Assembly (NCBI GenBank): GCA_951406725.2
Contig: OX597840.1
Location: forward strand, 38,254,001 to 38,318,000
Length of the DNA: 64,000 nucleotides
Direction: 5' to 3'
Source: Octopus vulgaris
Lineage: Eukaryota
Shown here: in pieces, positions 16,641 to 31,220 of the stretch
Layout of the letters: each line of letters opens with the position of its first letter
How positions within the stretch are numbered: the stretch's first letter is position 1
The notes under the pieces: generated by a model
Databases searched by the model: none
The model's input: only the letters and a program-made list of their open reading frames with translations
What the model was told of the DNA's origin: nothing
Position numbers and translations under genes: made by a program

Positions 16641-16800
16641 TCTATAATATATAAGACGGAAAATATGGGCGAGTATGTCTACGCACGCGCGTGTGTCTAT
16701 GTGACAGGTAATTTACTTGAAACCCCATAAAATCAACATTTTGCATCCGATTTCGTTCACGTTTGGCACATACATCACTTATGTTCCACAGATAGTACTA
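16641..16800 (+). mobile_element. 5' portion of a non-autonomous Helitron-like element
   Basis: A|TCTATAATATATAAGAC start, GT-rich tract, then CCGATTTCGTTCACGTTTGGCACA; same layout as the Helitron 5' end at 61016. No 3' hairpin/CTAG found. Confidence 0.45.
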
Positions 16801-17049
16801 CTCTCTTCAGACTTTTCATTTATGGAGTAATATGAAGTAATAGAGGAATCGGGCTGTCAGAAAAACCTCCTCTCCATTCCTGCATTATGTTTTTTGGGAG
16901 GTGGCGCTTTGCGTAGTAACATTCAGAATTTGATTATCTCCGTTACATTTGTATTCCTGCATAAAACTTGACGCTCCCACTAGCCGCTATTTATATTGTG
17001 CTGCCTTTTGTAGCGCTTTTCCATCTTGCTACACACACTCACAATATCT

Positions 17050-17439
17050 CAGATTGTTTAATCTTCGCTACACCACATCCTGCAAAGGGGTAATTCGCTG
17101 TTCTTATCTATTTGGAATTTGGTATTATTAATTCTCAGAGGTCATTCCTGAGCACTGCATATCAATGCTTCAGATCACTTTTTCTTAGCCATCTCCAAGT
17201 GTTGATCTTCTCTATTCCTTCGATTACTCTGAGGTGTTTCCCATGCAGCGGTTTCATTTTCCATTTGTAATTGTTTCTTCTTCATCTTGCTATTAGAATG
17301 TCTGTGGGCGCATCACATTTTCGGTAAGAATTATATTGTAAATTCTAACAGCGCCAAGCAAGGATTCGCTTGCTGTTTTGTAGCATCTCCGACTCTTCTT
17401 CTCCTTGGCAACACGGTGAAGTAAAATCTGGGATGGTAC

Positions 17440-17440
<1 letters not shown>
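17050..17440 (-). pseudogene. R4/Dong-like non-LTR element relic (C-terminal region)
   Basis: Minus strand KWKMKPLHGKH motif; adjacent to (ATT)n. Confidence 0.5.
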
Positions 17441-17517
<77 letters not shown>

Positions 17518-17534
17518 TTACTACTACTATTATT

Positions 17535-17569
<35 letters not shown>

Positions 17570-17589
17570 TATTGTTATTATATTTTTTT

Positions 17590-17925
17590 CATATATAGCG
17601 GCCTTACTACCTGCAGCCTACGGTACCATGCTATCCGTTCTTTTCAGCTATTTAATACTTTCCTGATTATTGGGTCCGTGGCAAGGAGCCAAATCTTTTG
17701 TAACAGTTCTACTGGACACTATTACAATTTCCTTCATATTCCACTTGGTGCCTTCTGATACTATTCTTAAGGATACTATAATATTTGGGACTTTCTTCAC
17801 CTTCTTCATTTTCCATAGCCGGGCTAATCCGTACTTAAGTGGTTTATATCTATTCATCTTTCGTCTTTCCTTCTTGACTATTCGTCGGTCAAAGGGTCAT
17901 GCAACATCAACTATAAAACATATTA
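17590..17925 (-). pseudogene. Restriction-like endonuclease relic of an R4/Dong-clade LINE
   Basis: IVDVA*PFDRRIVKKERRKMNRYKPLKYGLARLWKMKKVKKVPNIIVSL matches the RLE IDVAxP...K..KY..L...L.RLW pattern; flanked by (ATT)n. Confidence 0.7.
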
Positions 17926-18079
17926 TTATAGTTGCTATTGCTTTTGTTGCTCTTGTTGTTATTTTGGAGACACTCAGTGTTTCTTGGCTTTTATTGCAAT
18001 CTCTTGAAAGAAATCCGTCTGCAAGCAATGACAATATGTACAACTAAATATATTTTAACCTATACACAATAGCTGTTAT

Positions 18080-18420
18080 TTTTTCATTAGCTCTCTCTAG
18101 ATATATTCTCCTTCACTGAAATTTTTTGACGATATGAAAATTTCCATTGCATAACATTTTTCTCCCTTCCATACAATATGTATAATCCCAATATATAATG
18201 GACGAAAATATTGTTTTTATTAGCAAATCTCTAGCACATTTCCATTAATATTAAAGGAGGGAGCACTTTCTGGATCTAGTGGGATTTTGCAACAACCACC
18301 AGGCCAATATTTACATATAACATTGTATATAGGTTAAGAGCAATGATGAATTTCATTGTAGCGAGGTATATCGCAGCCATTTTTCTTTTTAACAATTGCT
18401 GATGATATAGATTATATCAG
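18080..18420 (-). pseudogene. Possible highly decayed Gypsy-type RT fragment
   Basis: Scattered motifs AIVKKKNG and KIPLDPES on the minus strand; many stops. Confidence 0.3.
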
Positions 18421-19079
18421 ACACATCACGATAGACATTTTCTTTCTCAATCGAAAGATCCTTATTTTTGTTCCTGATTATGCATTCTGTAGTTGTTTCC
18501 TTTTCCTTTATAACAAAAGTGAAGCCTTCTATTTCAGATTATATTTATCTATCACGGGGTCAGTTGCAGCTGCTGGTTCTATCAATGTTGACGGCATTCG
18601 CTATTATGTAGGCTACGTACACAAGCAAAATATTCTCAACGATTAGAATGAATATTTCTCCTCCAGTCCTCCGATTAGGTCAGCCTAGACACTCTTGGTT
18701 CAAAGTGCATAGCTTTACATTCAGGATGTTGATTCATGTGTTTTTCACGTAATAAGATATTATGTTCACTGTCTAGGATATCCGTGATGTAAAAGACAGC
18801 TCTCTCTCCTTCGTGTTTGTTAAACAAGTAATGTTTCACTGATACGATACGGCATTCAAAGCCGTTTGGATTCATGTTGCTTTTCGCTTCGTTCGCACTC
18901 TTAGCATGGTTAATCTGCTTCTTTCACTGTTGATATGAAAGTTCCATTTTGTTGTTAATATCGTTCTATTTCTAAGGTGTTCAGCTGGCATAAACGTTAG
19001 CACGCCGGACAAAATGCTTAGCGGTATCTCGTCTGCCGCTACGTTCTGAGTTCAAATTCCGCCGTTTGAGGCATTTGGC

Positions 19080-19432
19080 TACCGTCATAATGAAACACCG
19101 CCTATTCTCGAAGAAATCCATCTCAGGTACTTATTCTATCTATCTTCTTGTTCTATCGATCTCTTTTGCTAAACTGCTAAGTTTCAGGGGCATAAACTCA
19201 CCAACGTAGTTTATCGAGCGATGACTGGGGGGACAAACATAGACACAAAGACACAGACACGTAAATATATATCCATATATATATAATCAGTTTCCGTCTA
19301 CGAAACCCACTCAAAATGCATTGGTGAGCCCGAGGCTATAGTAGAAGACACTTGGACATGGTACCAATCAGTGGGACTGGACCCGGTACCATGTGGTTGG
19401 GAAGCAAGCTTCTTACCACACAGCTAAGCCTG
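19080..19432 (-). mobile_element. SINE family A copy (preceded by a family B head at 18983-19064, + strand)
   Basis: GAGGCTATAGTAGAAGACACTTG...ACCATGTGGTTGGGAAGCAAGCTTCTTACCAC; shared with the other family A copies. Confidence 0.8.
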
Positions 19433-19816
19433 CGCTTGTGTGTGTGCGTGTGTGCATGTGTGTGTATGTGTGTGTATGTGTGTAAAATGTATATAGAAAT
19501 AAAGATGAAGAACGGTGTAGGAATAACTGCAGTTTTATGTACGAGATGAACGAAAACAAACAAAATTGCTTGTTTAGGTCGCGCCATGTTTGTCGTCGTA
19601 TGTTAGTTATTTCAAGGAAACATTTGATACGTACGTTTGCAGGAGAGAACATGCAACGATGCATTTTTAACTTCGTTTAAGTTGGTATTTAATATACGCG
19701 AACAATTGACTTGTTTAACTGTGATGTAACTGCGAATTAACTTAGTTAAGATCCATCCAGAAAAATTAGAAAATAAAACGAAACCAAGGAACCAATATAC
19801 ATAAATATATACATTC

Positions 19817-19851
<35 letters not shown>

Positions 19852-19870
19852 ATTTATATATATATATATG

Positions 19871-19995
<125 letters not shown>

Positions 19996-20364
19996 TTATA
20001 TATATGTGTGTATGTATTACGCCAACAAACAGGAAAGGTCAAATATAAATAAAATATATCTACAACGGAAAATTCTAAAGAAGCAAAAGACTTATAGAAA
20101 ATAAAGTAACATTGCATGGAATGAAGTTTCTTAGCTAATCTAACCAGAGATCTTCCATTTGACATTTTAAATTACCTTAGTTTACGTAATAATAATTGAA
20201 ATAAAATTTTGACGCTAAATATACAATGTATGATTTTTTTTTACATCTGATGTTATTAATATCAACATCAGCATTCTTCTTCTTCTTCTTCTTCTTCTTC
20301 TTATTATTATTATTATTATTATGTGAGAGATAATACACACACACACACACACACACATATATAC

Positions 20365-20510
20365 GACGTTTTTTTTTTTCAGTTTTCCTCTACCAAATTC
20401 ACTCACAAGGCTTTGGTCGACCCGAGGCTATAGCAGGGCCATGGTGACACTAGTGGAACTAAACTCGGAACCATGTGGCTGGTAACCATGCTACTTACCA
20501 CACAGCCACT
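20365..20510 (-). mobile_element. SINE family A 5' fragment
   Basis: CTACCAAATTCACTCACAAGGCTTTGGTCGACCCGAGGCTATAG matches family A. Confidence 0.75.
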
Positions 20511-22499
20511 CCATATATATATATATATATATATTAATAAATAAAACATATGCATATATATATACATATATGTACGTACCTACCTCTACATGTATACATA
20601 TATGTACGTACCTACCTCTACATGTATATATACACGCATATATGAGTACAGGACACCAAAAAAACTTCGAACACAATGAGAAACGAAAACATAGACACAA
20701 ACCCAAGGAACTGGACATTTTTCTTAAACAACAAAAAAGTAGAGTACAGGACAAATAACACAAGGAAAAAACCCCTTCTTCAGTCGCCATGGTTTCATCT
20801 ACTCTACGTTTCGAATATATAATATGACATGCCGATCTCATATGACACACACGTTGCCACTGTCAAAGCTGTGTTTCAGGACAAAATATTGCATGACAAG
20901 ATAGAACAAAAGGCGTTGTTAAGAACATGAAACCTGAGGTACTCGAAGCAACTGCGGCTACATTCGATCGGTTGAAATGTTGAGACATGTAGGAAATGGA
21001 AGAACATTTGGTGAACTGGTGGCGATTGCGTCGTGTTTATGCTGACGCCATAATAATATATTCTATGAAATGTTTATTACGCTACACTTTTCATAATAGT
21101 GTTTTCTCGATTCTAAATACGGGTTGAAAATATGAGGCATTTCACGAACATGTAGTATAGAAGTCATGAAATGAAGCATGGCTGAAATATAAGACGCTAA
21201 TGTTATTGGTGTCCAACAGAGTGCGATATTGTTTATGCGCAAGGAATGTGATAACGTAATGCAATTTATCCTGCTACTGCAATGAACTGTCCACAATGTT
21301 TCATGTTCTCCTGTTTGTACAATAAGCCAACACGTGAAACAAATATATGCATATACACACTGGAATCGACACTCACAACCACACCCATGTGGGTCAGTGA
21401 TTAAGGTTATTTTTATTTATTTTAAATATATACACACGTGTCTCCATATGTGTCTGTTCTTGTAACCTCTGTACCTATCCGTCTGTATGTTGATGTTTAT
21501 TTACATATCTAAATGCTTACATACAGAAATAAAAAAATATAAAATATAAAAATATAAAAACTAAGAAATAAACGCATAGGTACATAGGTTAGAAGAACAG
21601 ACACATATGGAGTCACAAATCCACACATATAAAGATGCACATCCATACATACAAACATGGCACATAGTTACATAAGACACACACACACACAGATATGCAC
21701 ACACAAGGAGACAGAGGTGCATACATATACAAACACACACTCACACACATACATACATAGAAAATACACAAATACGGACAGGCAAGCACATAAATATGCA
21801 GGATACGTACATACAGATGCACACACATACATACATACATATGCATACACACACATATATACATACATACACATGCAAACACACACATACATACATACGT
21901 ACATGTATGCATGTATAGGCACACGCACACACACACTGACCCACACACATGCACACAAACAGACAAAAGGGAACGCAGTGTAAATAAGGGACAGAGTCAA
22001 AACTATTGAAAAGGTTGCAAGACACAACGAAAATTTTAGGAAAATAAAAATAAGAAATAAGTGGAAATTTTACCGATGAGTGTGTTAAATAATAAAGCAC
22101 TAAAAGAAAATGACTCTCCCCAGACACAACAGAATATGCTTCAACACACAAACTCACATAAAGAATCTTGCAAATCAAATCCCAAAAACGATATATATAT
22201 ATATATATATAGATATATATATATATATATATGCATGTATGAATGTATGTATACATGCACCTGTGTGTGTATGTATAAATGTGTATATATATATATATAT
22301 ATATTCTCTGTTTATGTCTATACAATTACATTGGCACTTCTAGGTGATGTCTATCTAACAGCAATCATTTTTTTTTTATTTAATTCAAATTTTCACAAAA
22401 GCGTGACTGATTTGGTTATCGAATCTTTCCAAAAAACATTCACAGACTGACATGACAATTGACAAGCCGTTATGGAAACGTTTCGGAATAAAAGTAAGG

Positions 22500-22683
22500 A
22501 GCGATGACGATGACGATGTTGATGATGATGCCGATGATGATGATGGTGATGATGACGACGATGATGATGATGATGACGATGACGATGATTATGATAAAGA
22601 TGATGGTGATGACGATGCAGATGACGATGGTGATGAAGATAATGGTGATGAGGATGATGACGATGATGACTATAGCATCATGA

Positions 22684-22714
<31 letters not shown>

Positions 22715-22745
22715 GACGATGGTGACGATGGTGATGAAGATGGTG

Positions 22746-22835
<90 letters not shown>

Positions 22836-22847
22836 GCTGTTGTAGTG

Positions 22848-22879
<32 letters not shown>

Positions 22880-22961
22880 TGTAGTAGTAGTAGTCGTGGT
22901 GGTAGTTGTATTAGTAGTATTAGTAGCAGCAATAGTAGAAGTAGTAGTAGTAATAGTAGTA

Positions 22962-23012
<51 letters not shown>

Positions 23013-23095
23013 ACAGCAGTAGTAGTAGTAGCAAGAGTAAAAGTAGTAGTCGTAGCAGCAGAAGCAACAACAGAAATAGTAGTAATAGTAGTTAT
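22500..23095. repeat. Compound (GAT)n-(ATT)n-(GTA)n trinucleotide array
   Basis: Directly visible. Confidence 0.95.
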
Positions 23096-23678
23096 AAATT
23101 TAATAGGAATAAATAATACCAATAATAGTTAACCATACTACCAGTACCAGTTTTATATTTGGGTCCGGCAATGGTAACAACAGCAATAAGAATAACAATA
23201 GAAACAGCGACAAGATAACAACAACAACAACAAAAAGGCCCCGAATTACAACAAGAAAAACAATGTCAACAACAACCACAACAACAATAACATCGCTAAT
23301 GTTTTCACTATTCATGATTTGAAAGGGTATATTTTTGAGTAAAATTAGAAAATTTTGGAATATAGAGTTTTATTATATTGCGTTATTTATTTTGTAATTT
23401 ATTTCTATTTTTGTGTATTTGTTTATTTGTAATTCAGTTCCTTCTCGAGTGGCTTTTTCAATTTTCGTGTTTACATTTATTAACAATGTTGCTTTTCTTC
23501 TTAAGCGTCATATTGTTGATGTGGTTGTTGTTGTTGTCGATACTTTTACATCACGTGAGGAATAGATTGCAACGTGGCAGTAAATGCTAAGCACAGAGTT
23601 TGTCTATGTATGTATGTATGTATATATATATATATGTATGCATGTATCTATCTATCTATATTACATATATATATATAA

Positions 23679-23802
<124 letters not shown>

Positions 23803-23861
23803 TAGATAGATACATGCAAATATTTCTCACTCTGTATGTCTCTCGCTTTCTTGCTCTCTCT

Positions 23862-23912
<51 letters not shown>

Positions 23913-25881
23913 CATATATATATTTATGAATATATGAATATACCCACACAAACACACATATATATAACAAATGAAAGACACATGATGGAATGTACGAAAA
24001 TATATTATTAATCAGAACTCGTGTTTCGATACATCTAGCATCGACTCCTCTTGTAGGACACACAAAAAACTGTGTATATGTATATTTATGATATTTCATT
24101 TTATTTTATTCGTTTATTTTTAGTCATAAAACTGTGGCCATGCTGGATATTTATTTTAATTTTGCTAATGACTCTATCAGTCTTTTGCCGAAGCCTGTGT
24201 TACGGTTAGTAAACAAACCATCACCGGATTTGAAGAGGTGAGGAGACAAACAAGAATACAAATACGCCCGCACAGTCACTCACATTCATGATCATTCATT
24301 TTCAAGATCACTCACAGTCATGATCACTCATATTCATCTGCAATGTAAGGAAGAATGCTGTTTGCTAATAAGTCTCGACTAAATAATTCTTTTAGGTGAG
24401 GGGGTGTGATGAATGCAAGTACTAAAATCTCCTCTATCTAGTAAATTCTTTCAAATTGTAATTTCAATATATATTTTAGCAAAATGCGCTTTCAGGTTTC
24501 TTTATTTATTGAAGTTTGCAACTGAGTGTTGCCAAATATTTTCTACTCTACGTTCTACAAATATAACTGTAAACAATTTTGTCCATATCATAAGTTAATT
24601 TCGTATATATAATATCGATTTTGTGGGTTATTAGTCTAGAAAAAATTCCCAATGTGAATTAAAAGTGTGTATATCAGTTTTAGGAATTAATGAACCAAAC
24701 AAAATATAAATTCAGTATATATTCCAGTTTCCTGTTCTTTTCTGGTTCGATGTACTCTGCCTCGCTGCTTGTTCCTCACCAGTTCTTATTCTATTGTATT
24801 TCGAAAATATTGGAAATTTTGTCGTTTAAAAATCTGCTTGCGTCGTATTGGCTGGTGGAGAGTTTTCACGAAAGAAGTGTGACCGTTGATGATATAGAGC
24901 GAATTATTGATGCCGGTAAACTTATTGGCTTAAATCCTATCACTGCATCTTAGACACATTTAAAATATAACCGGTAAAAGTTAGAAGTTTTAAATCATCA
25001 GATAAAATAACTTGACGATGGCACAGGGTCCACAAATGAAATCGTATTCGTAATGGACGTGCTCATGGAACGGTTACAGCGTTTGATTGACTCATTTTTA
25101 TCTGGTTTCGAATTCCACACTCACCTGCTTCGATGGCAGACTCAATTCCTGATACTGTTTATCACTACCTCAGCATTAAGTAGATTTAGCGTTGTCCACT
25201 ATTGCCAAATTCAAAGTTATGTACGGTATTATGAACATCAGCTTCCATATTCGCCACGTGTTTATGAAACGCCAAAAAGAGGTAAGAGCACTTTCTTTCT
25301 TCCCAGATGGCAATGAAAAGTTTTCTCTGCTGTTCACTACACTGCAAAAATCAGTATTTCGTTTCAGAAACGGTGTGAGTTCTTTCTGTCACGAGGTTAA
25401 TACTGTTGATTTTTGTAGCATTATAGTGCAGACAACAAAATGAATAAATATATTTTCCAAAAACATAAAACAAAATCAGAAACCTTTCGCAATGTTCCTA
25501 ATGGATTATTGTCCGTTAATTCCAAGTCAACTGGCGAATGAATCAACCCAAACGAAAGAGAAACATATTCTAAAGACCTAAGATATTAGGTGTAAATAAA
25601 AAGCTTGTATGATATAACACAAATATAATGGAATCAATGTCTATGCATCTAGATATCTCTCTCTCTATATATATATATGTATGCACATATATTACAAATA
25701 CACACATACAGATATACATATATATATATATGTGTGTGTGTGTGTGTATGTGTATGCATATAAGGGTACAGGACGTAACCAACTGTATAAACAACATGAA
25801 ATAATACACAAACGAGAAATAAATGGAAAGCAGGACAAGTAAACACAGAGAAGCGATCCCTTATCAGTTGTTAGCAATCTA

Positions 25882-25930
<49 letters not shown>

Positions 25931-26016
25931 TTTGATACATTGATAGGTTTCGGCCATTATTGGCCCAGGCCATGTCTAACTTAATAGCACCACCTGGAAA
26001 TATATATATATATGTA

Positions 26017-26142
26017 CTTTATTTAAAGCATCAGAAAATTCAACAAAACATGTTACTCTGAGTTTCCCGTTCCCGTTGACGACCGGCAACGGGAAACTCA
26101 GAGTAACAGGTTTTGTTGAATTTTCTGCTGCTTTAAATAAAG
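26017..26142. repeat. 55-bp inverted repeat overlapping a hammerhead-like motif (Penelope-like inverted junction)
   Basis: Arms 26017-26071 / 26088-26142, 2 mismatches; TTGACGA-CCGGCAACGG-GAA-ACTCAGAGT-A-ACAG overlaps the loop and right arm. Confidence 0.75.
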
Positions 26143-26211
26143 CATATTACTCTACCACTGGTATTTGAGTACTCTTTTTTCCACATTGTTTCACATTTAT
26201 GTCTTTACTCG

Positions 26212-26293
<82 letters not shown>

Positions 26294-26785
26294 AAGAAAA
26301 AGACAGACAGACAGATAGACAGAAAAAGAGAGAGAGATAGATAGAAAGATAGATAGATCAAATGGTATAGATCACGTGTGCATCAGCAATAGCTTTCCAA
26401 AGTGGTACATTTAACTACTCTTGTACTTTTTACTAAGTCATATATATTTCTTGAAGATAGAGATATGTTTCTAGACAAGCAAACCTACAGAAATCTCGTA
26501 TTAAACGATTACACGAATAATAAATATAATGAAATTATCTACAATCAAGATATGTTAGGGATAATCATAAGATTTCCCACTTTAAATAGGTGTACAAGTC
26601 TACAGAGATAGTGTGGCGAATCACGACTGTAGATACGTAATTAATAATATTTGATATACCAGACAATTATAACAAAAATATTACGTTTATGCTTAGCGTT
26701 GAAAAGAGAGCAAAATATACGAGTAAAGAAAACAATTTCGTTTAGAACTCTGATATAATGATATATATGTACTGAAGATGTATAC

Positions 26786-26921
26786 ATTTATATATATGTA
26801 TATATTTGTGTCCATGCATCAAACACTCAATCTATCTAACTATCTATCTACATATATACATAGATAGTTAGATAGATTGAGTGTTTGATGCATAGACACA
26901 AATATATACATATATATAAAT
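26786..26921. repeat. ~62-bp near-perfect inverted repeat with a 12-nt spacer
   Basis: TTTGTGTCCATGCATCAAACACTCAATCTATCTAACTATCTAT / ATAGATAGTTAGATAGATTGAGTGTTTGATGCATAGACACAAA. Confidence 0.85.
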
Positions 26922-27195
26922 ATATACATATATCTACATATATACATAGCCAAATATGTGTGTGAATTTATGTATATCTGTAAGAAAATATATGCGCGTG
27001 CAGTATGTGTATATATTTGTGTGGCGTGCGTACAGGAGTTCAATGTTTGCAAAACATTTGCGTGTGTGTATGTATATATATATGCATATACATATATATA
27101 TATATATATACATATATATACATATATACACAAATATATATATATACATATATACATAAATATATATATATACACATACACATATATATGTATAC

Positions 27196-27242
<47 letters not shown>

Positions 27243-27714
27243 TATATATATGTATGTATACATATTTCTCTATATGTAGGACGATGCTAGCGTCTACCCA
27301 TCTTTGCATGATAGCGTGATGAGCAGGTCTGAAAAACTTACACTTCTCTCCTTCCTCTATGCAGTATCCGAAAAATTTTCGAAATCTGTGAAAATTGGCA
27401 GATTCAAATTCTTACTTCGACATGTAAAAATAAATAGCTTACATACTCTCGATGTAAAGCTGCATTTAAGATAACGCAACTTGCAGACGTACAATGATTA
27501 GCTGTGACATTTGTTCAGTCACCCTTCCTATAGATTATACAGCCTCTGCGACTAGTCTACATAAGAATACTGTCTGCTATTCATTAAAAGACATAATGTC
27601 TACGAGATATTCCCATTTTCTCCGGGAAAGCTGACTCGATTTCTCTGCAAAAAGAATGATAAGTCGTAAAAATCAATATTACCATACCGACGCAATAATA
27701 AAAGCATGGAGCTG

Positions 27715-27847
27715 GAATAATAATAATGATAATGATGATGATGATGATGATGTTAGTAATAATAATAATAATAATAATAATGAAAATAATAATAAGAATA
27801 ATAACAAAAACAAATAATAATAATAATAATAACACATAATAATAATG

Positions 27848-27878
<31 letters not shown>

Positions 27879-27890
27879 TAATAATAATAA

Positions 27891-27944
<54 letters not shown>

Positions 27945-28037
27945 GTAATAATAAGAATAATAACAAAAACAAATAATAATAATAATAATAACACATAATA
28001 ATAATAATAATAACACATAATAATAATGATAATAATG

Positions 28038-28088
<51 letters not shown>

Positions 28089-28118
28089 GTAATAGTAATA
28101 ATAATAATAATAAAAGTA

Positions 28119-28178
<60 letters not shown>

Positions 28179-28208
28179 GTAATAGTAATAATAATAATAA
28201 TAAAAGTA

Positions 28209-28268
<60 letters not shown>

Positions 28269-28298
28269 GTAATAGTAATAATAATAATAATAAAAGTA

Positions 28299-28361
<63 letters not shown>

Positions 28362-28391
28362 GTAATAGTAATAATAATAATAATAAAAGTA

Positions 28392-28442
<51 letters not shown>

Positions 28443-28491
28443 GTAATAGTAATAATAATAATAATAAAAGTAATAGTAATAATAATAATAA

Positions 28492-28522
<31 letters not shown>

Positions 28523-28559
28523 AATAAAAGTAATAGTAATAATAATAATAATAAAAGTA

Positions 28560-28590
<31 letters not shown>

Positions 28591-28591
28591 T

Positions 28592-28625
<34 letters not shown>

Positions 28626-28628
28626 GTA

Positions 28629-28688
<60 letters not shown>

Positions 28689-28718
28689 GTAATAGTAATA
28701 ATAGTAATAATAAAAGTA

Positions 28719-28749
<31 letters not shown>

Positions 28750-28808
28750 AAGTAATAGTAATAATAATAATAATAAAAGTAATAGTAATAATAATAATAA
28801 TAAAAGTA

Positions 28809-28868
<60 letters not shown>

Positions 28869-28898
28869 GTAATAGTAATAATAATAATAATAAAAGTA

Positions 28899-28949
<51 letters not shown>

Positions 28950-28979
28950 GTAATAGTAATAATAATAATAATAAAAGTA

Positions 28980-29030
<51 letters not shown>

Positions 29031-29060
29031 GTAATAGTAATGATAATAATAATAAAAGTA

Positions 29061-29123
<63 letters not shown>

Positions 29124-29126
29124 GTA

Positions 29127-29201
<75 letters not shown>

Positions 29202-29235
29202 GTAATTAATAGTAATAATAATAATAATAAAAGTA

Positions 29236-29289
<54 letters not shown>

Positions 29290-29373
29290 GTAATAATAAT
29301 GATAATAATAATAAAAGTAATAGTAATAATAATAATAATAATAATAACAATAATAATAATAATAATAAAAGTA

Positions 29374-29466
<93 letters not shown>

Positions 29467-29469
29467 GTA

Positions 29470-29533
<64 letters not shown>

Positions 29534-29565
29534 CAATAATAATGGCAATAGTAATAAAATTGTCG
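27715..29565. repeat. ~1.85-kb (AAT)n-derived array with recurring AAAGTAATAGTA punctuation
   Basis: Directly visible; source of the 654-aa and 535-aa low-complexity ORFs. Confidence 0.95.
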
Positions 29566-29864
29566 TGATAAAAACAATGAATATACTAATAAATACAGAA
29601 TATAACTATAACTACTACTACTGCTACTACTAGTAATAATTTCAAAATGTGGCACAAGGGCAGTGATTTTGAGGGGATGAGGAATTAGGGAAGCCCTTTG
29701 CATAGATCCCTGTGCATGATTTGTATTTATTTTATCGACCCAGAAAGGCAAATATAAACTTAGTGGAATTGAACTTGCAACGTAAAGAGAGAAGAAATGC
29801 TGCTAAACATTTAATCTAGCGTGTTACTTGCCTTTCATAATAATAATAATAATAATAATAATAA

Positions 29865-30720
29865 GGATGTAAACGCGGGTCCTATAGTTGTAAAGATCAG
29901 CTACTCATCAAATCGATGATGTTGAAAGATTGTCACGAACAGCACAAAATCTTGGCGATAGTTTGGGTAGACTGTAGAAAGCTTTTGATAGTCTACCACA
30001 TAGCTGGATTAAGAAATGTCTGGAAATATATAAAATAGCAGCTACTCTGCGAAACTTTTTGTCTGTAAGTATGAGATCATGGAGAACCACACTAACTTTG
30101 AACAGTGACAATGAATCTCTCAATGCTGGAGACGTAAGTATTCCATGTGGCATTTTCTAGGAAGGCTCTCTATCACTATTCCTCTTTTGTCTAACCTTAA
30201 TATCTCTCTTGAAATTGCGTAATGTTGTACGGTATTACAACAAAAAGTTTGATAAATATATAAATCATCTCTTTAACATAGATGGTTTAAAGCTCTTTGC
30301 AAAAAAAAAATGATCAAGGCTTACTAGCAATTGTTAAGTAAATCAGTGATGACATCAGAATGCAATTTGGCCTTGATAAATGTGCAAAGGCTACCTTTAT
30401 TAAAGGAAAAGTGTCAGAAACATCCGACTTTAATCTTGACCAACAGAATATCATAAAGGAGTTAGAACCAGCGGAGGGTTACAAATAGAGGTATTTGAAG
30501 GGGTTGGAATCAAACGTTCAGCGATGAGGGAAAGGATCAGAAGAGAATGTTATTGTAGGGTAAGGGCAATACACAAGACGGAGCTGAATGCAAGAAACAT
30601 GATCGAAGCGATCAATACTTTAGCCATACCGGTCGTGAGTTTACGATTTTAATACCATTAACTGGTCAATTACTGTAATATGTAATCTATGCATTGTTGA
30701 CAATGCACAGAATGCACAAC
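29865..30720 (+). pseudogene. R4/Dong-clade LINE reverse transcriptase relic
   Basis: KGCKRGSYSCKDQLLI..., DCRKAFDSLPHSWIKKCLEIY, GIF*EGSLS, INHLFNIDGLKLFAK (decayed YMDD); begins directly after (TAA)n. Confidence 0.8.
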
Positions 30721-30933
30721 CCGCTGTGAAACTGGGAAATCGGTGCATATGTGTGTTGCTTGAGAAGGTAACTTTTTACCTACCTTTACATACATTCATA
30801 TATGCATACGTATGTACACAAACAGGCACACACACTCACACAAACGCACACATACATACATATATGCACACAGGCATATAAATATAAACACATACATACA
30901 CATATAAATACATATATATATATATACACACAC

Positions 30934-30984
<51 letters not shown>

Positions 30985-31047
30985 CATATACATACATGCA
31001 TACACACATACATACATACATACATACATCATACATACATACATAAA

Positions 31048-31220
31048 AGGTGAGCTGGCAGGAACGTTAGCACGCCGGGTCAGATGCTTAGCGGTATTTC
31101 GTCTGTCTATACATTCTGATTTCAAATTGCGCCGTGGTCGACTTGGGATATAGATAAATTAAGAACCAGCTTCGCACTGGGATCGATCTAATCGACTATC
31201 CCCCTCCACAAAAGTTTTTC
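31048..31220 (+). mobile_element. tRNA-derived SINE family B copy
   Basis: GAGCTGGCAGGAACGTTAGCACGCCGGG...GGTATTTCGTCTG head shared with 18983 and 40140 (minus); tail differs from the 39542 array. Confidence 0.8.

Noticed and set aside
22452-23132. 226-aa ORF with poly-D/I/V tracts
   Set aside because: Concatenated trinucleotide microsatellites with no complex coding sequence.
27584-29751. 654-aa and 535-aa poly-I/L/N ORFs
   Set aside because: Artefacts of the (AAT)n array.
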